Of a stretch of 64,000 bases of DNA, positions 31,598 to 47,450 are shown piece by piece. The DNA comes from the human T2T-CHM13v2.0 reference genome, Homo sapiens. Position numbers and translations under genes: made by a program. Position 1 is the stretch's first letter. Every line of letters begins with the position of its first letter. Location: the NCBI RefSeq assembly GCF_009914755.1, contig NC_060942.1. One strand, written 5' to 3'. A model generated the notes under the pieces. That model ran no database searches and was not told the origin of the DNA. It was given only the letters and a program-made list of their open reading frames with translations.

Positions 31598-31873
31598 ATT
31601 TTTTTTTTTTTTTTTTTTTTTTTGTGACAAAGTCTGGCTGTGTTGCCCAGGCTGGAGTGCATTGGTGCGATCTCAGCTCACCAAACTCTCCACTTCCCAG
31701 GTTCAAGCAATTCTCCTGCCTTAGCCTCCTGAGTAGCTGGGACTACAGGTGCACACCACCATGCCTGGCTAATTTTTGTATTTTTAGTAGAGACAGGGTT
31801 TCACTATGTTGGCCAGGCTGGTCTTGAACTCCTGACCTCATGATCCGTCTGCCTTGGCCTCCCAAAGTACTGG
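31598..31873 (-). mobile_element. AluS (slightly 5'-truncated)
   Basis: long T tail, dimer, ends cccaaagtactgg. Confidence 0.93.
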
Positions 31874-31881
31874 CATTATTC

Positions 31882-32193
31882 TTTTTTAGTTTGTTTGTTT
31901 TCTTAGAGATAGGGTCTAGCTCTGTTGCCCAGGCTGGAGTTGCAGTGGTGCGATCGTGGCTTAGTGCAGCCTCAAATTCCAGAGCTCAAGTGATCCTCTC
32001 ACCTCAGCCTCTTAGTAGCTGGGACTACAGGCACTCGCCACCACACCTGGATTATTTATTTGTTTATATTTTTGTAAAGACTGGAGTCTCCCTATGTTAC
32101 CTAGTCTGGTCTCAAACTCCTGGGCTCAGGTAATCCTCCCACCTCAGCCGGTGAAAGTACTAGGATTATAAGCATGAACCACTGCACCCAACC
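31882..32193 (-). mobile_element. AluJ
   Basis: gtgcagcctcaaattcc, ctcctgggctcaggtaatcctcccacc. Confidence 0.92.
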
Positions 32194-33265
32194 ATCATTA
32201 ATCTTATATGTGAATTCTCTCCTTCTGGACTCACTGTGGAACAAATCCTTCTGGAATAACTTCTGCTGTACCCGTTCTGTCTAAAAGATAACATCCTACT
32301 GGTATTTTGACATATTTTAGCATGATTTTATTAGTTCATGCTATTAATACACAGCTAAAATATTAGAAATATGGGTAGTTACCACATTATAATTAGTGTA
32401 AGTTATAATTACTCTTAAAAATGTCTGCTAAGATGTATCTGTGTTCTTGATTGGCAAGGAAGTAGAGCAAAGCAATAATAGCTTTGTTCTTCACTGACTT
32501 CACCCTTGGGTATTCCAGAAGTCAGTATTTCCTAACCTTTTTTTTTTTTTTTTGGTCCTCTGTATCATCATAATTCTCTTTCTGGCATGCCTTTCCACCT
32601 AGTGAGTACATGAAAACACACGCACAATGAACAAATGCACACACTAGCACATAGAGCTAAGAAAATAAAATAGTAAGAACATGGAACTAAGAATCCAAGT
32701 AAATCTATGTTCTAGTTAAGCTTGGTGATTGCAAGCAAGAGAACTGCTGAAATTAGTTCCAGTAAGCAGTAGCAGGGGGAACATCTTATAGTGCCAGAAG
32801 GTAAGAAAGTGCTAAAAAAGAAAAAAGAAAAAACCACAAATGCCAAAAGGACACAGGAGCCAACTGAAGAGTTCCCAATAGGCAAAGAGGAAAAAATTTA
32901 ATCAATAAAACAAATAACATAATACTGCGTTATAACCAAAAATATAAAATAAATATTCATAACTGTGTATGTATTCATTATATGAATATAAATAATTGAA
33001 TAAGTAAATACATAGGAGAGAATTAAAAAATGTCCCTTGCAGAAGAATTCCAAATAATTTATGTAGATACTCTGACCGAAAGGAGAGGAAGCATAATTCC
33101 CCATTTCTTAGCTGTGGGTTACACATAGTGACTTTCTTCTAAAGAGTACAGTATAAAAAGCAAGGGAAGAGAGAGTAACTTTACAGTAGAGGAACCTACC
33201 AAACACTACCTCACCCAGGTGATCAAGTTGACATCATCAACAATAAGTTATGTTAGTAGCACGTA

Positions 33266-33270
<5 letters not shown>

Positions 33271-33297
<27 letters not shown>

Positions 33298-33581
33298 GAG
33301 ATAGTGTCTGGTTCTGTTCCCCAGGCTACAATGCAGTGACATGATCTTGACTCACTGCAACCTCTTCTTCCCAAGCTCAAACCATTCTCCGACCTCAGCT
33401 TCCTGAGTAGCAGGGACTGCAGGCACATGCCACCATGCCTGGCTAATTTTTGTATTTTTTGTAGAGATGAGGGGTCTCACTCATTTGCCCAGGCTGGTCT
33501 TGAACTCCTGAGCTCAAGCGATCTATTGGCCTCGGCTTCCCAAAGTGTTGTGATTACAGGAGTGAGCCACTGCACCCAGCC
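33271..33581 (-). mobile_element. AluJ
   Basis: T tail; ctcctgagctcaagcgatc. Confidence 0.92.
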
Positions 33582-33593
33582 ACAGGTACTCTT

Positions 33594-33951
33594 TTATTTA
33601 TTTTTTATTTCTTTTAATTTTGTATTTATTTCTTTACAAAACAAGGTCTTGTCTTGCTCAGTTTCCCAGGCTGACATGCAGTGGTGCACTCATAGCTTAC
33701 TGTAGCAGTGGTGCAATCATAGCTCACTACAGCCTAGAACTCCTGGGATCAAATGATCCTCTTGCCTCTACCTCCTGAGTAGCTGGGACTACAGGCATGC
33801 ACCAAAATCCCTGACTAATTTTTTTAATTTTTGTAGCAGTGGGGTCTTGCTGTATTGTCCAGGCTGGTCTTGACTTCCTGGACTCAAACAGTCCTCCCAC
33901 CTCAGCCTCTCGAAATGTTGGGTTTATAGGTGTGAGCCACCATGCCTCACC
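33594..33951 (-). mobile_element. AluJ with internal ~27-bp tandem duplication
   Basis: gcagtggtgcactcatagcttactgta followed by gcagtggtgcaatcatagctcactaca. Confidence 0.9.
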
Positions 33952-34034
33952 AATAGGATGTACTCTTGCAATGTGATGAGATTGGCTGTTTATCTCTGTG
34001 ACCTTCCTCTCCAAAACACATTACCCCAGTCTAA

Positions 34035-34035
<1 letters not shown>

Positions 34036-34070
<35 letters not shown>

Positions 34071-34078
34071 ACACACAA
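34036..34078. repeat. (CA)n microsatellite
   Basis: directly visible. Confidence 0.95.
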
Positions 34079-34930
34079 CAACAGGCAAATCCCACTTGGA
34101 GACATTCTACAAAATGCCTGACCAGCAGTCCTTAAAATTACCAAGGTCCTCTAAAACAAGCAGTCTGAGAAACTATCAAAGCCAAGAGAAGCCTAAAGAG
34201 ACATGATGACTAAATGTAATGTGGTATCCTAGATGTGATCCCGGAACCAAAAAAAAGGATATTAGATAAAATCTAAGGAAATCTGAGTAAATTATGAACT
34301 TCAGTTAATAATGCTGTGTCAGTATTGGCCTATTAGTTGTAACAAATGTACCACGTTGATGGAAGATGTTAATAAAAGTAATAATAGGGAGAATTAGGTG
34401 TGGATTTCTGGGAAGCTTCTGTCTTCTAAAAATTAAAGTTTTATTTTTAAAAAGTGGAGGAAGTGAAATCTGGCTGGTTACTGAAGGTGAAAGGGAATCT
34501 CTTAGAGTCAAAGATCAGACTCACGGTCATGCCTATGAAAAGCCAGACCTGGAGACTAGAGAGCATTAAGGCACAAGGGAGAGCATTAAGGCACAAGCCA
34601 TCCTTGATGTTTTTCAGTAGCCACCGGATTTCTTATCTATGCTTTAGCTAATATATTAGCTTCTCTTTCACAACTTTCTTTATCTACTAAGTAACCATGC
34701 ACATGGTTCACCATGGCTAACATTTCTATCTCTCAGTCACTGCATTAGCTTCAGCAAGAATCTTAGCTGACTTAAGTCAATTTTTTTTCTTCATAATAGA
34801 CACGGAATCTGATTAGCTGCCAGTCAGGCAATGGCTTGTCTGTTCTTAGAACAGATATGCAACCTTAGTCCACATAATTATTTTGGGAGGAGGAGGCAAA
34901 GAACCATGTGATATTTTAGGGTCTCAAATA

Positions 34931-36562
<1,632 letters not shown>

Positions 36563-36699
36563 TAGAAAGTTCTTTAAGGTGAATAAGGACAGAGGAGGAT
36601 AATGGAATAGGTTTAGTGCATATGACAAAAGCATAATATAAATATATACCTATACTATAAATTCTAAAATAATATAAAGAAACAACAGAAATTATCATG

Positions 36700-37180
36700 A
36701 GTTATGCTACAGTTGTGTAACAAGCAGAAAATCTTGATGTCATAAGACAATACATACAGATTTAACTCATGAGTCTGTAGCGTTCAGCCAATGTAGGCTG
36801 AGCTCAGCAGGGTTGGTCAAATATCTGTGGATTATTTCCATAGTAATGATGTCTGGTGGTTGGCTAGCTATCAGTTGGAGCACTAGGGACACGTGGGCCA
36901 CATGTCTTTCATTCTCTACCAGGCTAGCCTGGACGTGTTCTCATGGCAAAGTCAGGGAAGCAAAAGAAGAGATGGAAATGGCAGGTACTTTAACAAGCCT
37001 CTATTTGCATCACAACTGTGAACATATGCTGGCCAAATTTAGTCGCATGGCCAAACTCTAAATCAAGGATCAGGGAAATATATTTCCTCAATGCTGTGCT
37101 CTGCTAAGTCACATTGCAGAAGGTGCCAATATGATTGGTGGTGGTGGTGATGAAGAACTGGGACAATTAATACAATCAAT
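36700..37180 (-). mobile_element. MLT1F/G/H-class LTR
   Basis: aggctagcctggacgtgttctcatggca; ggccaaatttagtcgcatggccaaac. Confidence 0.7.
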
Positions 37181-38369
37181 GTACTGCATAAATGAAATAT
37201 TTAAGTTATCAGATGGTGAGATTAATTTGAGAAGCCCATCCAGACAAAGTGATTTTGAATAAGTGTTTTTAAGCCAAATTATAAGAGAGCACAGATGGAT
37301 GTATTCATTATTTTGTCTGATTTAAAAGTATTCCTACTTTTGTTATTATGGATAAAGGGATCAAAAGAGGACAGGATGTAGCAGCTTCTATGTCCTGGAG
37401 TGAAATTATGATTCAGTTATTAACTCTGCTGCTCAGTAGCCCACAAGAAGTAATGCTGTATCCTTCTATTTGGCCTTATCTATTGTGACAAGGCTCCGGG
37501 GAGCTGATGCGCATGAAATTCATTTCATGTCTCATGCACAGAATGCCTGAGTTTTGAAAATACCTTTATGATGTTTCAGGTTTCAGTTACCTAGTGTGTG
37601 ATCTCACAAACTCACAGTCTTCAAAAGAAAGAACATTAACTTCTCTCAGAAGCTTCGGATTCTTTGTTACCAGAAACCCAGGAGGCATCATTGCAGGAGA
37701 AACATACAGGAGCACACAGGTCACTTTTGATAAAATGTCATGTATTCTAAGGGCACTAGAAATACGTTTTTATGCAAACTCAGTTGAAAAGATAGCACAG
37801 GTTTAGATAAAATAGATTCAAACCATGCTTATGTATAATACATTAACAAATAGATCATAGTCTTCCCATATCAAAGGTTTCTCAAAATACTTCATATAAA
37901 TAAGAAAGACTATATTGTGACCATGGTAGCAAATAGATATAAAAATGTGCAAATAAGAACAATGGCATTTTCAGAATCTCACAGGAAAAATTCAATTACA
38001 TCTTTCTTCCATTAAATAAGAAAATGTAAGAATACACAAAAGACTGGAACAAATATATAATGCCCTCTCATTCTGCAATAAATTGCCAGTGTTGCTTTTT
38101 ATCACTCTTACTTCTTTCCATGTCATAATAATTAAATCTGAATCTTCCATTTTGGTTCCCTTCCAACAAGCCCTTGAGAATAAGGCTGACAAATGCTTGA
38201 CACTCCCCTTACTCCGCCAATGGTATACATCACAGTTTGATTTGGGAGCTTTTCCCAGTAGAGACTAGACAAGGTCTACAAATCCATCTCAACATATTTC
38301 TCTGGTTAACTCCATGTGGGATTAGAACTAGCACCATGAGGAAACCAGTGTGACCTCCCTAACCCATTC

Positions 38370-38770
38370 GTGTCTCCTCCCTCTCTGCCTTGATTAGTCT
38401 AGCCAACTCCTACTCACCCCTCAAATTTCAGCTCACTACCACATCTCCCAGAAGGCTTCCCTGACTGATCATTCTCATTTTGGTATACCTCCCGTGTTCT
38501 CATAAAATCCTGGTCCTATCTCAATGAAAGAGCTGTTTGCACTGTGTCATCTTCTATATTTAGTTGTCTATCTATTCCACTCACTGGTCTATGAGAGAGA
38601 TATGAGTGAATCAAAAAGAGAGAAAAATTATATTGCAATTTGTCTGCAGAGAGCAACTAAATCTCATAGCACAGTGCTTAGAACACGGTGCCTACCATTT
38701 TGGTGACTGTATGCTTGTCTGTGAGATGGAGAGTGAGTGAGCAAGTGAGTGATTTAGAAAGTGAATTAAC
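38370..38770 (+). mobile_element. L2 3' fragment
   Basis: aactcctactcacccctcaaatttcagctca...aaggcttccctgac; cttagaacacggtgcct. Confidence 0.55.
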
Positions 38771-39039
38771 TTGAAGAGAAAAGGCCCATGTGTACGTGTT
38801 TTTCCTTCTATCCCTGCTCCCCACTCTGAAAACTACAAAATGTTGGTGACATTTTTGAGAGCTTATTTGAAGCAAAAACAGTCCAGTTGAAAAATGTCAG
38901 TCTTATGTAACATCTCTAAAATTCTTGGGCTGGGATGAGAGGGTGGGAGCAGCAGTGAGGTGCTGACAGAAGAGGTTTTATTTTTGGCTCCATTGAGAGC
39001 GCTGAGGATACAAGTTGATTTATTTATGCAGGCAGCTCA

Positions 39040-39255
39040 ATTCCATGACAAGAGCAATGGGGCTTGGAATTGAGAAACTACAGCTTACCTCTATCAAGTT
39101 ACTTAAAAATTCTAAGCCCCAGTTCCTATTTTTGTAAACTAAGGACAACAAGAGCTACCTCCTTAGAATACTCCAAGGGGTTGTTACGACAAGATGGACA
39201 GATCACTGCAAGCCCCTTCACCTGGGATACACCCTGGCGATGTTGGCAGAATCTT
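39040..39255 (+). mobile_element. MIR
   Basis: caagttacttaaaattctaagccccagttcctatttttgtaaac. Confidence 0.65.
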
Positions 39256-40152
39256 TGCAGCTACTGGAAGTCCCAGAATAAAGTTGGTTATCTCTTCCAG
39301 CATCTTTTTATTCAAGGAGGTAGGGGACATATTAATTTTGTATTGAAATAAACAGGTATATTACATGTATAGAATGCAAAATGCTCATGAATATTTATGA
39401 GACTTCAAAGAAATTTCATACTTAGAGCAACAGACTATCCCCTGAATTGCCCAAGGGTTCATATTTACTTTTCTCTGCTGCTAAGTTAGAAAAGTTGGAA
39501 AAGCCCTGATTATGGTAAGTAGTTTCAAACACTTTCAAACATCACATAACTGTCTCAGATGGTCACAGTTTTAATATTATTTATTTACGATTTTTCCTTA
39601 GAAATGAGTCTTGTGACTAAGTACAGCTTATAGATCCAAAGCCAGCAGTGGCTACTTTGTCTTATTTTATAGACCATGTATGGAATTCTTGAAGTACATT
39701 TACATAATTATTTCCCCAAGCATCAAATTAATTAATTTTTTTGTCAGTCATGAATGCAAAGTGCATCTCTCTTTGGCAGATCCTTATAAGTAAACAATAA
39801 GAATGAGAAAAAATGTTAGACTTTCTGCTCAAGCAGTCTCTCCAACACATACAATAGTGGTGGCAACTCATCTTGCAGAAGAAATAAATTGCAACTCAGC
39901 CGGTGTGGAAGAGGTTTTCAAACACAGCATGCACAAGATGCTATTCTATGTTTGCTTTCAGGATTTGAAAAGAAATCCTGTGTAGGTGTTTTGTGAGAAC
40001 TAGAAACTGCCACCACTGTTTAATTTCATATAACAACAAATTCCTTCCCTATGTGGTCATATTAATATTGCTGCTTAAGAGATTGATGCTTTTACCTACT
40101 CACGCACACCTGAATGTGTGAGTAAGTGAAACCTACACAAACCTACACACAA

Positions 40153-40253
40153 TGCTATTCAGTTTATTGGAAGACATGGCATTAAAAGCCATCAAGCCCA
40201 AACTGCTATTCAGTTTATAAGACAATGTGATATTAAAAGCCATCAAGCCCAAA
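40153..40253. repeat. Imperfect tandem duplication, period 51 bp
   Basis: tgctattcagtttat and attaaaagccatcaagcccaaa each occur twice, 51 bp apart. Confidence 0.9.
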
Positions 40254-41620
40254 TACAAAAGAACATTGGAAGTATAGAAGTGTTACAAATAGAGAGGAGA
40301 AATCAAATGTAGAAGAGAAATTGTGAAGCAAGAGAAAGCAAGACTTCGGCAAGATAGAACCAACATTTGATACCAGAAATACCTGACAAGAGTGATTGCT
40401 ATCAAGAGATGAAAAGGATATTTGTATTTTCTCAGGTTCTATGTGCATCTGCTTGTGATTATGTTCATAACTGCCAAACTTCTGTTTCATATTCCATATG
40501 AGAGAAGTTTTTGGTTGTTTGAAGAGTGTGTACATTTTGTTTTGTGTTTTGTATTTTAGGGCTGCTGACTGTTAAAAGAAAAATATGGATAGAATAGGAA
40601 GACCTCAGGGTTTCAGAGTTTGAAAAAGTTCTAAATATCATTTCTGGACTTTGCTCAAAACTCCAGCTGAATTTCAAGTTCTGAAACTGGAAAACACATC
40701 CTAGAAAAGCTTGCATTTTTACAAATTTATTTCAGAAATCTGCCTAGCCTTTGCAAAAGTCCTATTTTCTGATTTACCTGATGGCCCTGATTCGGCTGCA
40801 GGTTATTACAAGAAAGCTTTTCCCTTTTGTTCAAGACCCAAAGGACAAAGGATACTTTTTTCCCCCTAACAATTTATTTTACAGGCTTATCCTGATTCAG
40901 TGATAGAAGAATACTCACACTTGAAAAGTACTTCAGACTTGATGATAAATGCTGTGGTTAGGTATTATCTCCATTCAAGTGTGCAAAACCCTAGAGAACT
41001 GATTGACAGCTGTGGGACTGCATTATGTGAAGGAGGCTCCTCACACCCATCAGGAGTCTGCCTGATGAAATGACTTGATCAAACTGTTAACAAGATACCT
41101 GCAATTCCAATACCAAAGACCATTTGGTCGATGAGAGATTCTTAACCTTTGTTATAACTTTTGGATGAATAATCTAAAGCCAGAGACCAAAGATACTGAA
41201 ATTATATCCTGTACTCTACTCCTTCTCACTGCTCAAGGCAGATTGCCACCAATATTCTGGAGAAAGAGAAAGAGAATACATCAAAGAAGGGGCAACTTCT
41301 GAACCACGTTTTCCAAGAATGTCTTTTGGATTGTCAAGAATATAAGAAATGCATGTACAGTACAACTGTTTAAGAAATTGATATTAGCCAGTATACTCAA
41401 AAACATCTAATTCAGGAGACAAGTAATGTTAAAATGATCTACATGGATTTTGAGTTGTCAATTCTTTAACCATTTTCTTAGAGAGGCACACACTGTAAAT
41501 TGAGTCAAATCTGCATTCAGATTTATATTAGAATCCTTGAGGAATTAAATCTAGAATGAAAAAAATCACACTCAATCAATGCCCAGACTAGTCTGAGTTT
41601 ATCTTACATGTTCCACTTCA

Positions 41621-41623
<3 letters not shown>

Positions 41624-41667
<44 letters not shown>
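41624..41667. repeat. (GT)n microsatellite
   Basis: directly visible, uninterrupted. Confidence 0.97.
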
Positions 41668-41670
<3 letters not shown>

Positions 41671-42263
41671 GAAAGTTTCAGGTTGATCAGCTTTACATGT
41701 CACTGAAAGATGCATTCAAAATAATCAAGAGCTTTAAGTGTAATGCAAACGCAAGTGTCATTGGAATGACAATGATCTCAGCATGCTATCTCTGTGGGAT
41801 ATCTATAGTCATTTCCTCCTAAGTACACATGCATCCGTTCCAGGGTCTTGAATGATACAAAGTCAGTGCTTCCTCAGGTAAGCAAATGTTTCCACAATGT
41901 TTCCGTTTCTATAGAATTGTCATGCTGGGGATTTGTGGAATTTAAAAGAGAAATTTTATTTGAACAGGAAAACAACTTGTGTGGCTGGGAGGATAGGGGA
42001 AGGAAAGGCCCCTAGTGTGGGAGACTTTACCTTTTCTTCTGAGAAGAGGAGGAGTGGGGGGGGTGTGTTGGCGGAGATGCAGAATCTTTCTCCCCAAGCC
42101 CTGTCATCCAATACTCTCATTTACAAGGCACTTAGCCATCACTTCTCTCTGCTGATGGCTCTCCTCCCGCCATTTAAAAATATTCATTCACTTCCATTTT
42201 TCCAAACTCTTAGCTCTTGCTATACTTTCTCATTCTTTCCCGACTGCTTTTTTTTCCTCCACT

Positions 42264-42719
42264 TTTAAAGAAAAAATATTCATGACAATTGCTAAAGATG
42301 GGTTAAGCGGACTCCATTCGGTAGGGGCAAGGGGGCTATTACAACGGAGTTCTGAGGTAAGGGAGAGCGCTTGGGCTTAATTCAGAAAACAGCAAGGCCA
42401 AATGGAGATTTATAGCCAAGGAGTAGGGTTGGGGAATCAGAGGCTAAAAAATTACTAAGAGGAAACATCAAGGCTAGGGGAATTCCTGCTAGACCCACCA
42501 CTTAGGATTCTTGCTGAAGGCAGGCCAGAGAGTAACATATCGAGGTCAGGGAATGAGGAATTTAAACAGATATCAAGGATGGGAAATTTTTACTAAACGA
42601 ATTCAGCAGGATTCTTGCTGAAACAGGACTAAACCAGCCAAGTACAGAGCCAAAGGTCAGGGCCTTGAGGGCCTAGGGAAGCCCAAATAGAGTTAGGTCG
42701 AGGAGAGCTTCTGCTGTCA
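42264..42719 (-). mobile_element. MER31-class solo LTR (ERV1)
   Basis: gagatttatagccaaggag, aaaattactaagaggaaacatcaag, repeated ggattcttgctgaa, terminal tgtca. Confidence 0.8.
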
Positions 42720-42939
42720 CCTAAGATAAGATGAATGGTCCCCACAACTTTGTTTTCCAGTCTTCACAAGAAAGGCACACTTCATCAGATTCTTTTTCCT
42801 ACGTAGACCCACATGTTGGCTCAGTGTCTGTGAAATAAATATGTACGATTGTAGCCTACAGACTGGTTCTGGATAAAACTGCCATTCCCCAGATAAGACA
42901 CAGGTCTTCCTGTCTTGTTTCCAGTTTCTTCCACATTAT

Positions 42940-43722
42940 TTTAGCAGAAAACTACAGTCATCTTTATACTTATTGCTTCACCCATATCTAATCTATTAAC
43001 CATTTCTCAACATTCAACCTCCAAAACCTATCTCAAATATTTTGCTGCTCTCCGTTCCTACAGCCACTATCATAAGTCACTTCCTTCCTGGATTTCTACA
43101 ACTGTCTTCTAATTGGTCTCTCTACTTCTTTTCTTATTTCCTTCTATCTCCTCCAAACTTTTCTATTCTCAAGTGAAACAAAAAGGCATTTTTAAAGCAA
43201 AAATGGAATCATATTATAAAAACAAAAGCCCTCTTTTTTGGACTCTCCATTTTACTTAGAATATAATGAAAACACCTGGCTTTGGTCTATAAATCCATGC
43301 ATGCATGCCTCGAACCCTGTCTCTCTCTCCAACCTCATCTTGTTCCAGTGTCTCTCTCATTCATTTTGGTTTATCCCATCTCAAGAGTTTTACTTACTCT
43401 TTTTCTCTGCATAGATAGCTTTTGCTTCCTTTACTCCTTCTGTCTTTGGGTCTCAGGGTCCACATGGCCTATTTGGAAACATCCCTAAAATGGCCTCTGC
43501 TTTTCTCCCTCTAAACTCCTTGTTTGTTCTCTTCCTAGCACTTATTAGACTTGAACATTTTTTGTCTATCTTTTAACTTGTTTTGTGGCTGCCTCCCCCA
43601 GAAACAATTAGCTCTGTAAAGATTAGCACCTATCTGTTTAATTTGTGATAGTATTTCTCATATCTAGAAAATTGTCTAATACATGGTAGATACTTGATGA
43701 ATATGTTTTGAATGAATGAATG
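42940..43722 (+). mobile_element. L2 3' region
   Basis: ctaattggtctctctacttc; ends gaatatgttttgaatgaatgaatg. Confidence 0.78.
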
Positions 43723-44776
43723 TTTCTAAGGCACTTTTTCCAAGTGTCTTTGACAGGAATTATATTGAGAGTGTAACTAGTCTTATTTCAAAACCTTATT
43801 GTCTTTGGATGTAGAAAGATTTGAAATTATTTTGAACAAATATCAAATTCTTCACTCAACTTCTCCAACCATATTCAAATTACATTTACTAATGAGTCTG
43901 GGTTGTTACTGAGTTATAGATGCCTTGAGTAAATGGAGAAGAGGTACATGTCCAAAAAAATCAATTTTTACAGAACCATCTAAGTCTGCTTTCAATGTTG
44001 TGGCACAATCTTACCAAATAAAAAGATGGTAACATGGGTAAATAGAATGGAATTCCCATGTTTATTGTTACAACCAGAGTGACTACAGAGTTCTGCAGGT
44101 TCTAATAGTGACCCCAGAGTAAAATAGACTTGTGCTTCTACATCCTCCAATGTCATTAGGAGTAAGCCTGCCCTGAGGTAATGTCTGTTTTGCACAGTTT
44201 CTGCCAGAGGTAATGATCAGTGGTGAAGTATGGCCAGCGCAGGGCTCGAAATGCTTTGGAAGGCCAAGACAGCTGGCTGAAGTAATTTGGCCTCAGACAG
44301 AGGAATTGGCAAGTGCCGGAGACACACACTGGATTACCCTCCCTTTCCAAAAATAAATTAAATGCTGACCAGCATTTCTCGGGATAATCAGGAAATTGGA
44401 CCCATGATCATGTCATCAAATATCCTTCTCAAGGGAATCCAAATTATGTAACTGGCTCCACTCTGGAAGGCTCAGTCACGTACTCATCATGGCATACTTT
44501 TTGGATAAACTTTGTTTGAAAGAGCTGAACACAAAAATATATAGGCAGCCGTTTGTGTCCACTCTTTCCAAGGTCACACCAGAGTTTGTGTTATCCTATG
44601 AAGAATTTTATGTCACTTTGCAGGGACAGTGGGTAAACTGTCCTCTCAAATTAGATTTTACTTCCATTTGCAGGTACTTTTTTTAGAATGAAAGCCTTAT
44701 TTGACTTAATTGCAACAAAATTACCACCACCAAACAGTTTACATAACTATGAAGTTAATAAACGTGGTTCATATTT

Positions 44777-45054
44777 TTTTTTTTGACGGAGTCTCGCTCT
44801 GTTGCCCAGGCTAGAGTGCAGTGGCGCAATCTCTACTCACTGCAAGCTCTGCCTCCCGGGTTCACGCCATTCAGGAGAATGTGGTTCACGCCACTCAGGA
44901 GTCCTCAGCCTCCCGAGTAGCTGGGACTACAGGCACCTGCCACCATGCCCAGCTAATTTTTTTGTATTTTTTTTAGTAAAGACGGGGTTTCACCATGTTA
45001 GCCAGAATGGTCTCGATCTCCTGACCTGCTGATCCGCCTGCCCTGGCCTCCCAA
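44777..45054 (-). mobile_element. AluY-like, 5'-truncated, with internal rearrangement
   Basis: 13-bp TSD gtggttcatattt (44764-44776, 45055-45067); gcaagctc, ttagccagaatggtctcgatctc. Confidence 0.94.
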
Positions 45055-46935
45055 GTGGTTCATATTTCTTAACCCTTTAAGAAGGGGTAGCACATTAAGT
45101 ACTTTCTATAGGAATATTTCTAATAAGTGATGAATACACTAATTTTTCTCATTTGCCCAAGTGGGTCTTTTTTCAGATTAATGTATCTCAATTATCATAA
45201 TAGTTGCTAATAGTCAATTTTTTTCAACTTTCTCTTCCTCTAACTCTGCTTCAGTCAAGTCCTTTTCAAAATGAAATGTCACAAATTGAATATGATGATG
45301 CTGATTTTGTTCAGATCAATGTAAAATATAATGAAACTCTAACCAGGATAGTAGGAAAATAGATCTGAAATCATAGCTACATTCCTGTTAAGTGAAATTT
45401 CAAGTTCTTTGCCAGGCTTCTGTGTTACTGTTAGTGGAGTAGATGGTCCTTATGTTTACCTGAGCACTATGGTGGGTTTGGGGAAGCCTGGGACTGAGCT
45501 TCAGAGTAGAAGCAGAGGAATAATCCAATTGCTCCACCAAATAGAAGAATTTGGAAGGCAGAAATCTTGAAAAATTGAGGAAGAGAGGTAAGAGAAAAGA
45601 AGGAGAGATAAATAATAGAAAATAAATTATGACAGATTAGGGAAAAATCTCAAGTGGTAGGGTAGTTAAAAGACTTTCAGAAGAAGGACATCTAATATAC
45701 AATTTCAAGTTTTTAAATTTCTACAGTGTAACTTCCTGTGAGTCTTCAGTGAGGTGTACTCTTCTCTCTCTGTGAATCTCAGTGTGTGTGTAAATCAGGG
45801 AAAGGTCCAACTCCATCAGTGCACCCCATATCACCACATGGAAGAGGAGCAGCTGCTAAAGACAGTCACATGATCCATTACCTGGGTTAATTAAGTGGAG
45901 GTAAATCCCAAAGCCAGAGGTGGCCACAAGAACATAATCCCTCTCTGATTTTACAGTCATTTCTGAATCATGCCCAACTTGGAGAAAATTTAAGACAAGG
46001 AAATCCCTTCTGCTAACTATAGAAAAGGTGCAAAAGAGCTGCTGGCAAGCAGAGAGAAAGCCATCTCTAGAGCTTTCTCAGTAATTGAGTCCAGCAATGT
46101 TCAGAGGGAGTAGAGCGCAAAGCTGAACTTCCTTAGACACATAGGTAAGAAAGAGATCACTGCAGGAAGGAAGATTAACGAATTTCTGCAAAAAGCAGTT
46201 GAAGTTCTGATAGAAGCAATAAACCATTTTAATAGAGACTGGTATGGGATGTAGGCAAGAAGAAGGACACAGCCACAGGGTAACGAAAGCAGAGAATGCA
46301 AGCAGGACTCGGATGGAGACAAGTGCATTAGATACATCTGGCTACAGGCTTCAGGTTCTTCATGAATTTCTGTATGTGGAATAACTGGGAGGTATCTTGA
46401 CCAGTGCAGGTATATTACTTGAGTTTGTTGTATTTAATAAGGTAAAATAGAGAGTAAACCAATAGTGTGAGCTCATTCATGTTCAACTAATTGTATGTCT
46501 CTTTTTGGAAGTCTTGACTCTGTAAAGTTCTTTAAAAGATGATATAGATCCTACCTGGACTGGGAGGTCCCTGTCTGACAATTTTTGGTGTGATTCTGGA
46601 ACCCAGAGAGAGCAAAACAAGTTAAGTACATCCCTCGCAACTTACTGCACCAATAAAAATAATGAATATATCCATTTTCATATAGGTTTAACATGTGATA
46701 CCAAGTAGGCACAAACGGTGGAAGAAAAGAATGACAGGAAGGTATATCGATATAGTACTTATCCAGTAGTTTCTCTGCTTTGTAAACAATAAAAAACATG
46801 GTTAAGTGATATTTGGCAAAGTAAAGAGAATCTTAGGAACTGACACCTTATATTAAACCCTTTCCATCCAGAAGGAGTTCTATTATTAAAATATTCTTCT
46901 TCTTTTGAAGCATAATTTCATGAAAAAAATTGGTT

Positions 46936-47421
<486 letters not shown>

Positions 47422-47444
47422 TCAGTGTTCCACAGTAACTCATA

Positions 47445-47450
47445 TGTGTG

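Larger units (their letters stand above)
32735..34450 (+). mobile_element. L1MD/MC-class 3' UTR interrupted by two Alus
   Basis: gacacaggagccaactgaagagttcccaat; gcataattccccatttcttagctgtggg; gactaaatgtaatgtggtatcct. Confidence 0.82.

Noticed and set aside
34559-34597. 20-bp tandem duplication gagagcattaaggcacaag
   Set aside because: Ordinary slippage duplication; mentioned only as context.
37512-37530. catgaaat-tc-atttcatg palindrome
   Set aside because: An 8-bp AT-rich stem is expected by chance in 64 kb.
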